A stretch of DNA of 53,863 nucleotides from Acidimicrobiia bacterium. GTDB taxonomy: Bacteria; Actinomycetota; Acidimicrobiia; Spongiisociales; UBA5794. The DNA lies in the NCBI GenBank assembly GCA_030064765.1, contig JASJEG010000004.1, positions 1 to 53,863 on the forward strand, read 5' to 3'. How positions within the stretch are numbered: position 1 is the stretch's first letter; every line of letters begins with the position of its first letter. Below the pieces are notes generated by a model that saw only the letters and a list, made by a program, of their open reading frames with translations, searched no databases and was not told the DNA's origin. Made by a program: the position numbers and the translations under genes. This document shows positions 9,701 through 20,067 of the stretch, in pieces.

Positions 9701-9733
9701 CTAACGGTGTTCGGTTTTCCGAACAGTGTTCGG
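9701..9733. promoter_or_regulatory. Tandem TetR-type operators
   Basis: CCGAACA-G-TGTTCGG palindrome (9719-9733) plus degenerate copy CTAACGGTGTTCGG (9701-9714). Confidence 0.65.
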
Positions 9734-9834
9734 TATTCTGGCTGTCCCGGGTCCAAATGTCAAGACTTCTGCAAACGAGCGGGCCCAATCGTGGGCCGGT
9801 AGCCTGGCGGGAGCGACTGCACGGAGGGTGTGCA

Positions 9835-10596
9835 ATGGATATCGCAGGAGCGTCGGCAATCGTCACAGGAGGCGCATCAGGTCTGGGGGCGGCCACAGCG
9901 CGCCGGCTGTCTGCGGAAGGCGTGCGCCTGGTTCTCGTCGACCTCCAGGATGATCTCGGAGGCGTGGTCGCCGATCAGGTAGGCGGTACGTACGTGCACG
10001 CCGATGTGACCGACGTCGAGCAGGTGCAAGCCGCAGTGGACGCAGCGGCGCAGGCGGGTCCGCTGCGAATTCTGGTCAACTGCGCCGGGATCGCCCCGCC
10101 GGCGCGGACCCTGAATCGGGACGGAGAGCCGCATCCAATGTCACTCTTCGAGAAGGTTATCGCAGTCAACCTCGTCGGTTCCTTCAACTGCATTCGCCTG
10201 GCTGCGGCGGCGATGGCGGCAACCGAGCCCCTCGAAGACGGTGAGCGCGGTGCGATTGTCAATACGGCGTCGGTGGCGGCGTTTGATGGACAGATCGGTC
10301 AGGCGGCGTATTCGGCCTCGAAGGGTGGCATCGTCGGCATGACCTTGCCGATTGCCCGTGACCTCTCTGCAATCGGTGTCCGGGTCAACACGATTGCGCC
10401 GGGAATCATGGACACGCCACTACTGGCCGGGTTGCCGGAGCCGGCGAAGGAGTCGTTGGGCCAGCAGGTGCTCTATCCGAAGCGCCTCGGCACAACCGAC
10501 GAGTACGCCGAGACCGCCCAATTCCTGCTGACCCACTCATACATGAACGGGGAAACCGTCCGGATGGATGGCGGCATAAGGATGGCGCCGAAGTAG
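9835..10596 (+). CDS. SDR oxidoreductase, 3-hydroxyacyl-CoA dehydrogenase type-2-like
   Basis: TGGASGLG, NCAG, YSASK, GQIGQAAY, DGGIRMAPK. Confidence 0.92.
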   Translation: MDIAGASAIVTGGASGLGAATARRLSAEGVRLVLVDLQDDLGGVVADQVGGTYVHADVTDVEQVQAAVDAAAQAGPLRILVNCAGIAPPARTLNRDGEPHPMSLFEKVIAVNLVGSFNCIRLAAAAMAATEPLEDGERGAIVNTASVAAFDGQIGQAAYSASKGGIVGMTLPIARDLSAIGVRVNTIAPGIMDTPLLAGLPEPAKESLGQQVLYPKRLGTTDEYAETAQFLLTHSYMNGETVRMDGGIRMAPK

Positions 10597-10677
10597 CCCA
10601 CAGCGTCGATCGTGACCGATTTCGGGCATACGGCCGACTGACATCATCTAGAGTTCCGCGGATGTTGTCCAAGATGC

Positions 10678-10704
10678 TCAATCCGTGGCGTTGCCTGCCG
10701 ACTG
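10678..10704 (+). promoter_or_regulatory. Sigma-28-type promoter, leaderless, for amidotransferase
   Basis: TCAA-N15-GCCGACTG-N7-ATG. Confidence 0.7.
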
Positions 10705-10711
10705 GTAGTGC

Positions 10712-11500
10712 ATGAAGCCGGTCATTGCCGTTTCGGCTCAGCAGGCGGTCTCGACGACCAAGCACTACGGGGATCAGCGGATCACCAGTCTGTACGACCT
10801 GTACGTCACCGCCATTCAGCAAGCGGGGGGGCTACCGGTCGTGCTCGCGCATGGGGAACCGGTTGACGTACCGCGCCTGCTCGATCGGTTCGACGCCCTT
10901 GTGCTGCCCGGTGGCGGCGACATTGACCCCACTTCGTACGGGGACGTTCCGCAGACCGACACCCTGTACGGCATGCGACCGGAATCCGACCTGTTCGAGG
11001 TTGCGCTAGTACGCGAGGCGGCGAAGCGCCAGATGCCCATCCTCGGGATCTGCCGCGGTCTGCAGGTCATCAACGTTGCCTTCGGGGGGACTCTCCATCA
11101 GGATCTGCCGGAGCATCCGCAAGATCTCGCCGGACGCGCATTTGCCCCGCACTATCGCACCGACGTTGCCCCCGGTTCCCGGCTGCACGAGGTGGTGGGT
11201 CGGAACGAGATTGTCGTCAACTCGCTACACCATCAGGGAGTCAAGGATGTCGGCGAAGGGTTGCAGGTGGTCGCAACCGCCAACGACGGCGTTGTCGAGT
11301 CGCTCGAGCCCGAGAACCCGGCGTGGGACATGCTGGCCGTGCAATGGCATCCCGAGTGTCTGCACAAGGATCACGCCACCGCCCTGTTCAATTGGCTCGT
11401 TGCCGCTGCTGCGATGAAGGCGACCCAACACGATCTGCACTCGCTCACCGAGTCGGTTCGTGTCATTCCGGTCAAGAGGAAGACCGCAGCAGCTTCGTAG
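10712..11500 (+). CDS. Gamma-glutamyl-gamma-aminobutyrate hydrolase family (peptidase C26, class I GATase)
   Basis: PGGGDIDP, GICRGLQ, VNSLHHQ, VQWHPE triad. Confidence 0.9.
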   Translation: MKPVIAVSAQQAVSTTKHYGDQRITSLYDLYVTAIQQAGGLPVVLAHGEPVDVPRLLDRFDALVLPGGGDIDPTSYGDVPQTDTLYGMRPESDLFEVALVREAAKRQMPILGICRGLQVINVAFGGTLHQDLPEHPQDLAGRAFAPHYRTDVAPGSRLHEVVGRNEIVVNSLHHQGVKDVGEGLQVVATANDGVVESLEPENPAWDMLAVQWHPECLHKDHATALFNWLVAAAAMKATQHDLHSLTESVRVIPVKRKTAAAS

Positions 11501-11539
11501 ATCGAGCCGCATTCGATTCAGAACGCTAACTTTGCTCCT

Positions 11540-12907
11540 ATGAGCACTCTTCTGATCAAGCATGCGCAAGTAGTAGCGACGATGGATGGGGAGCGGCGGG
11601 AGATCCCGGATGGTGCGATGCTCGTTGAGGAGGGATTCATCTCCCGGGTTGGTCCGAGCGAGGACCTTCCCGACACAGCCGACGAGGTGCTCGATCTCTC
11701 TGGGCACCTGGTCTTGCCCGGGTTCATCAACACCCACCATCACTTCTATCAGACTCTGACCCGTGCCGTTCCCGGTGCCCAGGACGCCGGGCTCTTCGAC
11801 TGGCTGCGCACCCTGTATCCGATATGGGCCCGCATGACTGCCGAGCATGTCTGGGTTTCGACCCAGGTGGCCCTTGCCGAGTTGGCTCTCTCCGGGTGCA
11901 CGACCGCCTTCGATCACCTCTATCTGTTCCCCAACGATTCCCGGCTCGACGACGAGATCGAAGCGGCTCGGGAGATAGGTCTGCGCCTCCACGCCTCCCG
12001 CGGCTCGATGTCGTTGGGGGAGAGCGACGGAGGCCTCCCGCCCGACTCAGTTGTGGAAACCGATTCGGCGATCCTCGCAGATACCCAGCGGCTGATTGAG
12101 ACGTATCACGATGGTCGGCCGGGTTCGATGACTCAGGTCGTAGTTGCCCCCTGTTCGCCCTTCAGCGTCACCACCGAAATCATGCGGGACAGCGCCGCGC
12201 TGGCACGCCAGTTCGGAGTCACGATGCATACCCATCTCGCCGAAACGATGGATGAGGAGGAGTTCTGCATCTCGACGTACGGTCGTCGACCTATCGAGCT
12301 CATGGAAGACCTCGATTGGATGGGCGACGACGTCTGGTTTGCCCACAGCGTCTTCATCAACGACTCCGAGATCCAGCGCATGTCCGGAACTCGGACCGGA
12401 GTTGCCCACTGTCCATCCTCGAACATGCGCCTCGCCTCCGGGATTGCCCCGGTGCGCAAGTACCTCGAAGCCGGAGTGCCGACCGGCTTGGGGGTCGACG
12501 GATCGGCAAGCAACGATGGCAGCCACCTCCTCGGCGAAGCGAGGATGGCGATGTTGCTCGCCCGCCTCGATGCGGCGCCCAATCAGAGCGGCGGCGGGCT
12601 CATGACCGCCCGGACCGCAATCGAGCTCGCCACCCGGGGCGGTGCCGAGGTGCTGCGGCGCTCCGATCTCGGTTCGCTCGAGCCGGGCAAGGCGGCCGAC
12701 TTCATCGCCATTGACCTGAGCCGCCTCGAGTACGCAGGAGCACTGCACGATCCGGTTGCGGCGGCCATGCTGGCCGCTCCGGTCAACGTTGATTTCAACT
12801 ATGTCGGTGGTCGTCCGGTTGTCGTGAACGGCGAGCTCGTCACCATGGAGCTCGAGCCGCTGATCGAGCGGCACAATCAGCTGGCTGCGACGCTGCTCGA
12901 CAGCTGA
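11540..12907 (+). CDS. 8-oxoguanine deaminase-like amidohydrolase
   Basis: NTHHHFYQTLTRA, APCSPFSVT, HTHLAE, HCPSSNMRLASG, GLGVDGSASND. Confidence 0.88.
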   Translation: MSTLLIKHAQVVATMDGERREIPDGAMLVEEGFISRVGPSEDLPDTADEVLDLSGHLVLPGFINTHHHFYQTLTRAVPGAQDAGLFDWLRTLYPIWARMTAEHVWVSTQVALAELALSGCTTAFDHLYLFPNDSRLDDEIEAAREIGLRLHASRGSMSLGESDGGLPPDSVVETDSAILADTQRLIETYHDGRPGSMTQVVVAPCSPFSVTTEIMRDSAALARQFGVTMHTHLAETMDEEEFCISTYGRRPIELMEDLDWMGDDVWFAHSVFINDSEIQRMSGTRTGVAHCPSSNMRLASGIAPVRKYLEAGVPTGLGVDGSASNDGSHLLGEARMAMLLARLDAAPNQSGGGLMTARTAIELATRGGAEVLRRSDLGSLEPGKAADFIAIDLSRLEYAGALHDPVAAAMLAAPVNVDFNYVGGRPVVVNGELVTMELEPLIERHNQLAATLLDS

Positions 12908-12953
12908 GTAGCCCGATGCCCACCGTTTACAATCAGTAAAGAGGAGGTGCCGA

Positions 12954-13760
12954 GTGGAGATCACCCGTCCGACAAGTCTCAGTGAAGCCCTCGATGCACG
13001 AGCGCAGGATCCCGGTGCCGATTTGCTCGCCGGTGGTACGGATCTGATGGTCGAGGTCAATTTTGGTCTCGCCAAGCCCGAGCACGTTATCGCTCTCCGG
13101 CGCATTGATGAGATAGGCGAAGTCGAGGACCGGCGCATCGGCGCCGGCGTTACCTGGGCCCGACTGGAGGAGAGCGACCATCGCGCGCTCGCCCAGCTGT
13201 CGCGAACGGTCGGCTCACCGCAGATCAGGGCTGCAGGCACCATTGGCGGGAACATCGGCACGGCGAGCCCCGCCGGAGACGGGTTGCCCTGGCTGGCTGC
13301 CGTCGATGCCGAGATCGAAGTGGCCTCGCAGGCACGCGGTACCCGTCGCCTGCGCTGGGATGAGTTCTTCACCGGCGTGAAGCGAAATGCGCTCGAACCG
13401 GACGAGGTGATTGTGGCCGCAGTCCTGCCTGAGCGTGTTCCTTCCAACCAGCACTTCGCCAAGATCGGGCAACGCAGTGCGATGGTCATCTCTACAGTCT
13501 CCGCAGTCGTTGTTCGCGACGATGACGGTTCGGTTCGTGTCGCTCTCGGATCGGTGGCTCCGACCCCAATCCGAGCGCTTGCAGCGGAGCAGTTGATCAA
13601 CGAGAACCCGCAACCCACCGACGAGGTGCTGGCGGAGTTTGCGCGGACGGTGTCTGCCGAAGTCACTCCTATTACCGATCACCGCTCTACCGAGTCCTAT
13701 CGACGGCATGCCGCCGGTGTTCTAGCGCGGAGGCTTCTCGAAAGGTGCCTTGCATCATGA
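12954..13760 (+). CDS. Xanthine dehydrogenase family FAD-binding subunit
   Basis: LAGGTDLMV, VGSPQIR..GTIGGN..ASPAGD, PITDHRST..YR. Confidence 0.9.
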   Translation: MEITRPTSLSEALDARAQDPGADLLAGGTDLMVEVNFGLAKPEHVIALRRIDEIGEVEDRRIGAGVTWARLEESDHRALAQLSRTVGSPQIRAAGTIGGNIGTASPAGDGLPWLAAVDAEIEVASQARGTRRLRWDEFFTGVKRNALEPDEVIVAAVLPERVPSNQHFAKIGQRSAMVISTVSAVVVRDDDGSVRVALGSVAPTPIRALAAEQLINENPQPTDEVLAEFARTVSAEVTPITDHRSTESYRRHAAGVLARRLLERCLAS

Positions 13761-14218
13761 TTGTGAGCTTCACTGTCAACGGAGAAGAGCGGATCGCCAA
13801 CGTCTCCGGCCCCGAAAGCCTGCTCACGGTGCTGCGTGAGGAACTGGGCCTACCCGGCTCCAAGAACGCGTGTGAGCAGGGGGAATGCGGGTCGTGCGCC
13901 GTGGTTCTCGACGGGGCCGTTGTCACCTCGTGTCTCGTGATGGCCGCCGACTGCGAGGGCTCCGAGGTCACAACTGTCGAAGGCATCGGCAGCGATCGGG
14001 AGCTTCATGCGGTTCAGCAGGCGCTGCTCGATCACGGCGCGGTGCAATGCGGCTTCTGCACCCCCGGGTTTGTCGTAACGGCAGCCCATTTGTTCGAAGA
14101 GAACCCACACCCGTCCTCTGATGAGATCAAGGAAGCGCTCTCCGGCAACATCTGCCGCTGTACCGGGTACGGCGCCATCGCCAGAGCGCTGGAGGAACTA
14201 GCGGAGGGGACAGCATGA
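13757..14218 (+). CDS. Xanthine dehydrogenase family 2Fe-2S subunit
   Basis: CEQGECGSC...SC and QCGFCTPG...CRCTGY. Confidence 0.93.
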   Translation: MIVSFTVNGEERIANVSGPESLLTVLREELGLPGSKNACEQGECGSCAVVLDGAVVTSCLVMAADCEGSEVTTVEGIGSDRELHAVQQALLDHGAVQCGFCTPGFVVTAAHLFEENPHPSSDEIKEALSGNICRCTGYGAIARALEELAEGTA

Positions 14219-16440
14219 CCACTTCTCCCATCACCAGGAAGAGGGTCCGTGGCGGTGTCGGCGATTCGCCGCTCCGTATCGACGGCATCCCCAAGGTCAC
14301 GGGCAACTTCGCCTACGCCTCCGACCTGTACGCAGACGGGATGCTCTGGGCCGCGACGCTACGCAGCCCACATGCCCGAGCCCGGATCACGAAGTTGGAC
14401 ACCGCCCCCGCCTATGCGGTTGGTGGTGTCGTGCTGGTGCTCACTCAGGAGGACGTCGTCGGTCGCCCCGGTTTTGGCATGCATGTTCCCGATCAACCGG
14501 TATTTGCCGACGGCGAGTGCAACTACTGGGGCGAGCCCATCGCCGTGGTTGTTGCGTCCGATCTTCCCACCGCCAAGCTGGGTGTTGAGGCGATCGATGT
14601 CGAGTTCGAGGAACTCGAACCGCTTACCGACATGGAGGAAGCCGATGCCCGCGACTCGCAGACACGGCGGATGAAGATCCGTCGGGGTGATCGTGATGTT
14701 GAAGGCGCGGTTGTTGTCGAGGGGTACTACGAAGTGGGGCAGCAGGATCAGGCGCCGCTCGGCAATGAGGCCGGTCTTGCCATACCCGATGGTGATGGCG
14801 GTGTTGACCTGTATGCGGTCTCGCAATGGGTGCACAGCGACCATTGGCAGATCTACCCGTGTCTCGACATCGAACCGGAACAGGTCCGTTGCCATCCGGT
14901 GGGGATGGGCGGCGCCTTTGGTGCGCGCGAGGACGTGAGCATGCACATCCACCTGTGCATGGCCGCGTTGCGCACCGGTCGTCCCATCAAGATGATGTAC
15001 GACCGCGCTGAGTCGTTCGTCGGTCATGTGCATCGCCATCCGGCCCGTATGTGGTACCGGCATGAAGCCGATAACCAAGGCAGGCTGGTCAAGGTCGAGG
15101 CCCGTCTGATCCTCGATGGCGGCGCCTACGAGTCCTCGTCAAATGCGGTCATCGCCAATGCTGCGTACTTTGCGGTCGGCCCGTACCGTTGCGACAACGT
15201 TTTCGTCGATGCCGTAGCCGCCAAGACCAACAACCCGCCCGCCGGGGCGATGCGTGGATTTGGTGGTGTGCAGACTGCGTTCGCACACGAATCTCAGATG
15301 GACAAGCTGGCCGCCGAGCTAGGGCTTGACCCGTTGGAGATCAGGCTGCGCAATGCACTTGGCCGCGGCGATGCCCTGAATACCTCCGGTCAACTGATTG
15401 AGGGCTCGCTACCGACTGCCGAACTCATCAACGAGCTCGACGCCATGCCATTGGCGGAGCCACTCGATTCGGATGATGCTCGTCACCTTCCGGGCGGGAC
15501 CGGGCTGACCACCGATCCCCGACACGTCCGGCGCGGCGTTGGCTACGGAGTCACCCTCAAGAACCTGGCGTTCTCCGAAGCCTTCGATGACTACAGCGAC
15601 GTGCGGATCGTGCTCAGCCCGATCGGTGTCGAGGTGTACACCGCCGCAGCCGAGGTCGGTCAGGGAATGGTGACCATCATTCAGCAGCTCGCCCGTGAGG
15701 TGCTGCAGATCGAGCAAGTCGCAGTGGTGTGGGCCGACACCGGTGTTATCGGGTCCGCAGGTTCCACTTCGGCGTCACGGCAGACCCAGATGACCGGGGG
15801 CGCCACCCACCAGTGCGCCATCGAACTGCGGGAACAGATTCTCGCCGAGTTCGGTGGTGACGACCTCTCCGGCGAGGGCGTGTGGAAGGACGGTGAGCTG
15901 ATAGTCACCCTCCACGAGGTCTGCGAATCGGGCCCGCGCGAGCACGAGATCCGCTACCGACATCCCGAGACCTTCGCCACCGACGAGAACGGTCAGGGAG
16001 ATGCTCATCCCGCCTGGGCGGTGGCCGCCCACCGGGCCGTAGTTGATGTGGATCCCGAGCTCGGGCTGGTGCGGGTGGTGCAGATCGACGCGGTGCACGA
16101 TGTCGGCCGGCTGCTGAATCCCGTCGCCGCGCTCGGGCAGATCGAGGGTGGGACCCTGCAGGGCGTGGGTCTGGCGACGCTCGAGGAGTTGGTTCTCGAT
16201 AGGGGTGTCATCAAGAACGCCAACTTCACCGACTACCTGCTGCCTACCTTCCTCGATGCTCCGCACGTGGAGGTGAAGTGGGTCGAAGAACCGGAGCGCT
16301 GGGGGCCGCTGGGCGCCAAGGGAATCGGGGAACCACCCACCATCTCAGCGGGACCTGCAGTTGCCGCCGCGATCAGAAATGCCATCGGGGCCGATCTGAT
16401 CCGGGTGCCGATCCTGCCGCAGCACATCGTGGGCGCATAG
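14215..16440 (+). CDS. Xanthine dehydrogenase molybdopterin-binding subunit (PucD-like)
   Basis: GGAFGARE, GAMRGFG, EVGQG, SASRQT, GQIEGG, AKGIGEPP. Confidence 0.92.
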   Translation: MTTSPITRKRVRGGVGDSPLRIDGIPKVTGNFAYASDLYADGMLWAATLRSPHARARITKLDTAPAYAVGGVVLVLTQEDVVGRPGFGMHVPDQPVFADGECNYWGEPIAVVVASDLPTAKLGVEAIDVEFEELEPLTDMEEADARDSQTRRMKIRRGDRDVEGAVVVEGYYEVGQQDQAPLGNEAGLAIPDGDGGVDLYAVSQWVHSDHWQIYPCLDIEPEQVRCHPVGMGGAFGAREDVSMHIHLCMAALRTGRPIKMMYDRAESFVGHVHRHPARMWYRHEADNQGRLVKVEARLILDGGAYESSSNAVIANAAYFAVGPYRCDNVFVDAVAAKTNNPPAGAMRGFGGVQTAFAHESQMDKLAAELGLDPLEIRLRNALGRGDALNTSGQLIEGSLPTAELINELDAMPLAEPLDSDDARHLPGGTGLTTDPRHVRRGVGYGVTLKNLAFSEAFDDYSDVRIVLSPIGVEVYTAAAEVGQGMVTIIQQLAREVLQIEQVAVVWADTGVIGSAGSTSASRQTQMTGGATHQCAIELREQILAEFGGDDLSGEGVWKDGELIVTLHEVCESGPREHEIRYRHPETFATDENGQGDAHPAWAVAAHRAVVDVDPELGLVRVVQIDAVHDVGRLLNPVAALGQIEGGTLQGVGLATLEELVLDRGVIKNANFTDYLLPTFLDAPHVEVKWVEEPERWGPLGAKGIGEPPTISAGPAVAAAIRNAIGADLIRVPILPQHIVGA

Positions 16441-16446
16441 GCGAGG

Positions 16447-18189
16447 TCAGCCGGTCTGGGCGATCACGGCGTCGCCGGATTCGTTGCCGGCGCACGGAGG
16501 TTCACCCTGTTTCCGCTGTGCGGTCGGCGCATTGGGGAGACGGAGCCGGAAGTGGCTCCACTCTCCGTCATAGGCGTACTCGAGCTCGCCTCCCATGGCG
16601 CGAGCGAGGTTGCGCGATATGTAGAGCCCCAGGCCAACCGACTCGACGTTCGTGGTGGGCGCATGAGCGGACTCGTATGGCTCGAACACCGATCGTCGTT
16701 TCTGCACGGGGATGCCCATGCCATCATCGGCGACTGACACTTCGGTCCAACCCGCGCCCTCGGCGAAGTCGATCCGCACCTTTGACCCTCCGTACCGCTT
16801 GGCGTTGGTGAGCAGGTTGCGCAGGATCTGACGGACCCGTTGTGGGTCGGCCAGCGCGTGACCGGGGTCACCCCGGGTCGATGCCTCGATCCCCGTCGAT
16901 TCCATGACCTGTTCGACCAGGCAACGAAGGTCGACTTCCTGGCGGTGGACGGTAACGCTCCCGATGTCGCTGCGGGCCGCGACCAGGAGATCCTCGACGA
17001 TCCCGGTGAGCTCGTCGGTCTGTTCCACCAGCATGTCCATCAGACCTTCGCGCTCCACGGGGGTGAACTGGCTGAGCTTGTCGTGGAGCTCGTATGCCAA
17101 CCCGGATACCACCGTCAAGGGGGTGCGCAACTCGTGAGAGACCGATGCCAGGAACCGGTCCTTGTCCTCAGCCCGTCTGCGCAGCCGGTCCAGTCTCTTG
17201 CGCTCCCGCTGTCGCTCGATGAGTAGCCAGCCGGCCAGGACAACGAGGAAGACCACGGCTGCGGCGATCGCCGGAGTAACCCACCAAGCTGCCCCGGTCA
17301 GTTCGGCCAGCGCTTCTTCAGTTGGCGCAATCGCCAGCGACCAGGTTGTGCCCGGTAGTTCCAGTGGATAGAGACGGGTGTTGGGCCCGGTGACGTGAGC
17401 GACCTCGGCACCGGGTGGGATGGCCTCCCAGGAGACGTTGTCGAGGATCGTTCTGTCGAGCTCCGGCAGCACCAGTTGCTCGACCATCATCGCTACAACT
17501 AGGCCCCGGGGCCTCTCATCTGATGGAGCAACGGGGACAGATGCGAAGAACACGCGGTCGAGCGTGACGAAGGCAAGATCGAGGGTGGTGAAGCCGCTGA
17601 AAGTAGGTATGTCGACGTCGAGCGCCCGCGCAATGTCCGCTCGCCACGCTGGATCGAATCCGGCATCCAGGCCCGGTCCGATGTTGGCGATCTCCGGATC
17701 GTTGGCGATGGCGCTGCGGATCGTGCTGCCGAGAGCGAAGTATCGGACCGGGTAGAAGGCCTCCCTTCCGTCTCGCTCCACTGGCGCCGGCTCCGCTTGC
17801 TCGTCGATCCCGAACACGTAGTAGTCGTCGTCCAGCGACTGTTGTGTTGCAGCTGTGTGGGCGTCAAAATCGGCGGACTTCAGCTCGGTCAGATAGCCAA
17901 CGCCAACAGCGCTGGCGGTGCCATCGATACGGTCGACAAACGCCTCAAACTGAGTCTTGTCCGGGTTCGATTGCTCGACAAACGCGGCCACCGCTTCGAG
18001 GTCGGTAGTCACGCCACCCAGCGACTCCGTTACCACCTCGGTGACCAGCTCGGCCTGGCTGTCGGTCCACTCTGCAACGCGGTCGCTCCTGGAGTTGACT
18101 TCGAAGGCCGATGCAATGGCGAACGCCAGCAACACAACACAGATCAGGATGAGAACTGTGAGCGGACGTCGTCGCACCTGTGGCTTCAT
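16447..18189 (-). CDS. Sensor histidine kinase with CHASE-like extracytoplasmic domain (paralog 1)
   Basis: Two TMs flanking ~270 aa domain with R..FYPV.YF...GLDAGFDP.WR..I..A; SHELRTPLT, NLLTNAKRYG, DDGMG, GLGL. Confidence 0.9.
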   Translation of the reverse strand: MKPQVRRRPLTVLILICVVLLAFAIASAFEVNSRSDRVAEWTDSQAELVTEVVTESLGGVTTDLEAVAAFVEQSNPDKTQFEAFVDRIDGTASAVGVGYLTELKSADFDAHTAATQQSLDDDYYVFGIDEQAEPAPVERDGREAFYPVRYFALGSTIRSAIANDPEIANIGPGLDAGFDPAWRADIARALDVDIPTFSGFTTLDLAFVTLDRVFFASVPVAPSDERPRGLVVAMMVEQLVLPELDRTILDNVSWEAIPPGAEVAHVTGPNTRLYPLELPGTTWSLAIAPTEEALAELTGAAWWVTPAIAAAVVFLVVLAGWLLIERQRERKRLDRLRRRAEDKDRFLASVSHELRTPLTVVSGLAYELHDKLSQFTPVEREGLMDMLVEQTDELTGIVEDLLVAARSDIGSVTVHRQEVDLRCLVEQVMESTGIEASTRGDPGHALADPQRVRQILRNLLTNAKRYGGSKVRIDFAEGAGWTEVSVADDGMGIPVQKRRSVFEPYESAHAPTTNVESVGLGLYISRNLARAMGGELEYAYDGEWSHFRLRLPNAPTAQRKQGEPPCAGNESGDAVIAQTG

Positions 18190-18196
18190 TACTCAT

Positions 18197-18224
18197 GTGT
18201 CGGCACAAGAGGTACCGAGGTAAA
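18197..18224 (-). promoter_or_regulatory. Sigma-28-type promoter, leaderless, kinase 1
   Basis: TTTA-N16-GCCGACAC-N7-ATG. Confidence 0.7.
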
Positions 18225-18256
18225 CCAACAAATGGATGACGGTGCGGCGTGAGGGT

Positions 18257-20020
18257 CTACTTGACGGCCACTGCAGGTGCCGCGCCCGATCCCCCGCGGG
18301 TTTGGCCAATGCTGACCCGATCACCGGTGGGTAGCGGCCTCAGCCGGAGGCGGAAGTGGCTCCACTCCCCGTCATATACGTATTCCAGATCTCCCCCCAT
18401 GGCCTGCGCCAGGTTGCGCGAGATGTACAGGCCGAGGCCAACTGAGCGCACGTCGCTACTCGGTCGATGTGCCGAGCGATAGGGGTCGAAGATCACATCG
18501 CGCATCTCTCTGGGCACACCATCTCCATTGTCGGACACGGTCACTTCGACCCAGTCTGTTCCCTCCGAGAAGCCGACCCGCACCTCTGGCCCGCCGTACC
18601 GCTTTGCATTGGTGAACAGGTTGCGCAGGATCTGCCGGACCCGCTGCGGATCTCCGTAGGCCGGAACGGGATCACCACGACGGCGCACGGTGAGGTCCGA
18701 TGTCTGGGCTGCATTGTCCACCTCGGCACCAACGTCGACCTCGCCGTAGTGAATGGCCACCTTGCCGATGTCGCTGCGGGCGGCGACCAGAAGGTCTTCA
18801 ACGATCGCGGCGAGCTCTTCGGTCTGGTCCATGAGCATCGTCATCAGTTCGACGCGCTCCTCGTCACCGAACGATTCGGGTTGGTCTGTGAGCTCGTGGG
18901 CGAGACCCGAAACAACCGTGAGCGGGGTGCGCAACTCGTGCGACACGGAAGCAAGGAAGCGGTCCTTGTCGTCTGCAATCTGGCGGAACTGGACCGCACG
19001 GTTGTGTTCGGTACGGCGGTCGATCAGGAGCCATACCGCCAGGATCGCAAGTCCCACGAGAGTCGCTGCGATCGATGCGATGGCCCACCACGGCAGTCCT
19101 TGCAGGTCCGAGAATGCTTCGTCGGTGGGGGCAACCGCAACGGACCAGGTGGAACCCGGCAGCGCCACCGGGAAGATGCCGGCATGCTCCGAGTCGACGA
19201 ATGCCGGTGTGTCGCCCTCGGCGATGATCTCCCACTCGACCTGCTGGAGAGCTGATGTGGTCAGCTCCGCCACGAGAAGCGGTTCGAGCATCATCGCCAT
19301 GACCATGCCTTGCTTGGATCCGTCATCATCTTCGACAGGTACCGAGACGAAGAAGACGCGGTCCAGGGCGAGGTCGCCAACTCGGAGCGATATGAACTGC
19401 GAGATCGATGGGCCATCACGGGCAATGGCGGAGGTGATATCTGAACGCCATCTCGGGTCGAAGCCGGCATCGAGACCTAGCACCAGCTCGCTCCCGATCG
19501 GTTCGTCTGGCACCGCTGCCCTGATCAGGTTTCCAACTGCAAAGGCCTGGACCGGGTAGAAGACATCGCGACTGGTCAGATCTGTGGGTGCGGCATCCAT
19601 GAAGAACAGGTTGTCATCTGAGCTCTCGTCATCTGGGAATCCCCAGATCTCGTACCAATCGCCGTGGACGGCCCTTTGTGAATCGACGAAGTCGTAGATC
19701 TCGCTTGCGGAGACCTCGGTCAAGTAGCCATACCCCACCGCGCTGTCGGTTCCCTCGATGCGATTGGTGAAGCTCTCGAACGTACCCGGGTCGGAGCCGA
19801 TCTCCTCAACGAACGCAGCTACCGCTTCGACGTCGGCGATGACGCCATCGACGGCCTCTTGCATCACCTGCTCGATCACAGCCGCCTGCTCAGCCGTCCA
19901 GTTGGTCACGGCGGTGCGCGTGGAGATAGATTCCACCGCCGCAGCGACCACAAAGGCAACCACGACGAGGAGAATCAAGCCCATCAGTAGGATCCTGCGC
20001 GACCCCTTCGGTGATTCCAT
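18257..20020 (-). CDS. Sensor histidine kinase with CHASE-like domain (paralog 2)
   Basis: Same architecture; RDVFYPVQAF...LGLDAGFDPRWR; SHELRTPLT. Confidence 0.9.
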   Translation of the reverse strand: MESPKGSRRILLMGLILLVVVAFVVAAAVESISTRTAVTNWTAEQAAVIEQVMQEAVDGVIADVEAVAAFVEEIGSDPGTFESFTNRIEGTDSAVGYGYLTEVSASEIYDFVDSQRAVHGDWYEIWGFPDDESSDDNLFFMDAAPTDLTSRDVFYPVQAFAVGNLIRAAVPDEPIGSELVLGLDAGFDPRWRSDITSAIARDGPSISQFISLRVGDLALDRVFFVSVPVEDDDGSKQGMVMAMMLEPLLVAELTTSALQQVEWEIIAEGDTPAFVDSEHAGIFPVALPGSTWSVAVAPTDEAFSDLQGLPWWAIASIAATLVGLAILAVWLLIDRRTEHNRAVQFRQIADDKDRFLASVSHELRTPLTVVSGLAHELTDQPESFGDEERVELMTMLMDQTEELAAIVEDLLVAARSDIGKVAIHYGEVDVGAEVDNAAQTSDLTVRRRGDPVPAYGDPQRVRQILRNLFTNAKRYGGPEVRVGFSEGTDWVEVTVSDNGDGVPREMRDVIFDPYRSAHRPSSDVRSVGLGLYISRNLAQAMGGDLEYVYDGEWSHFRLRLRPLPTGDRVSIGQTRGGSGAAPAVAVK

Positions 20021-20027
20021 TACCTAA

Positions 20028-20054
20028 CTATCGGCAGCCCATTCGAGCGGTAAA
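20028..20054 (-). promoter_or_regulatory. Sigma-28-type promoter, leaderless, kinase 2
   Basis: TTTA-N15-GCCGATAG-N7-ATG. Confidence 0.75.
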
Positions 20055-20067
20055 GGCTGGCTGCCGG

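Noticed and set aside
10614-10640. Second GCCGACTG upstream of the amidotransferase
   Set aside because: No -35 tetramer at the proper spacing; GCCGAC is common in high-GC DNA.
12047-13666. Long antisense and alternate-frame ORFs (also 1498-2736, 29942-31171, 33166-34344, 36748-38121, 6050-7084)
   Set aside because: Shadow ORFs overlapping well-supported genes, expected in high-GC DNA; no family motifs.
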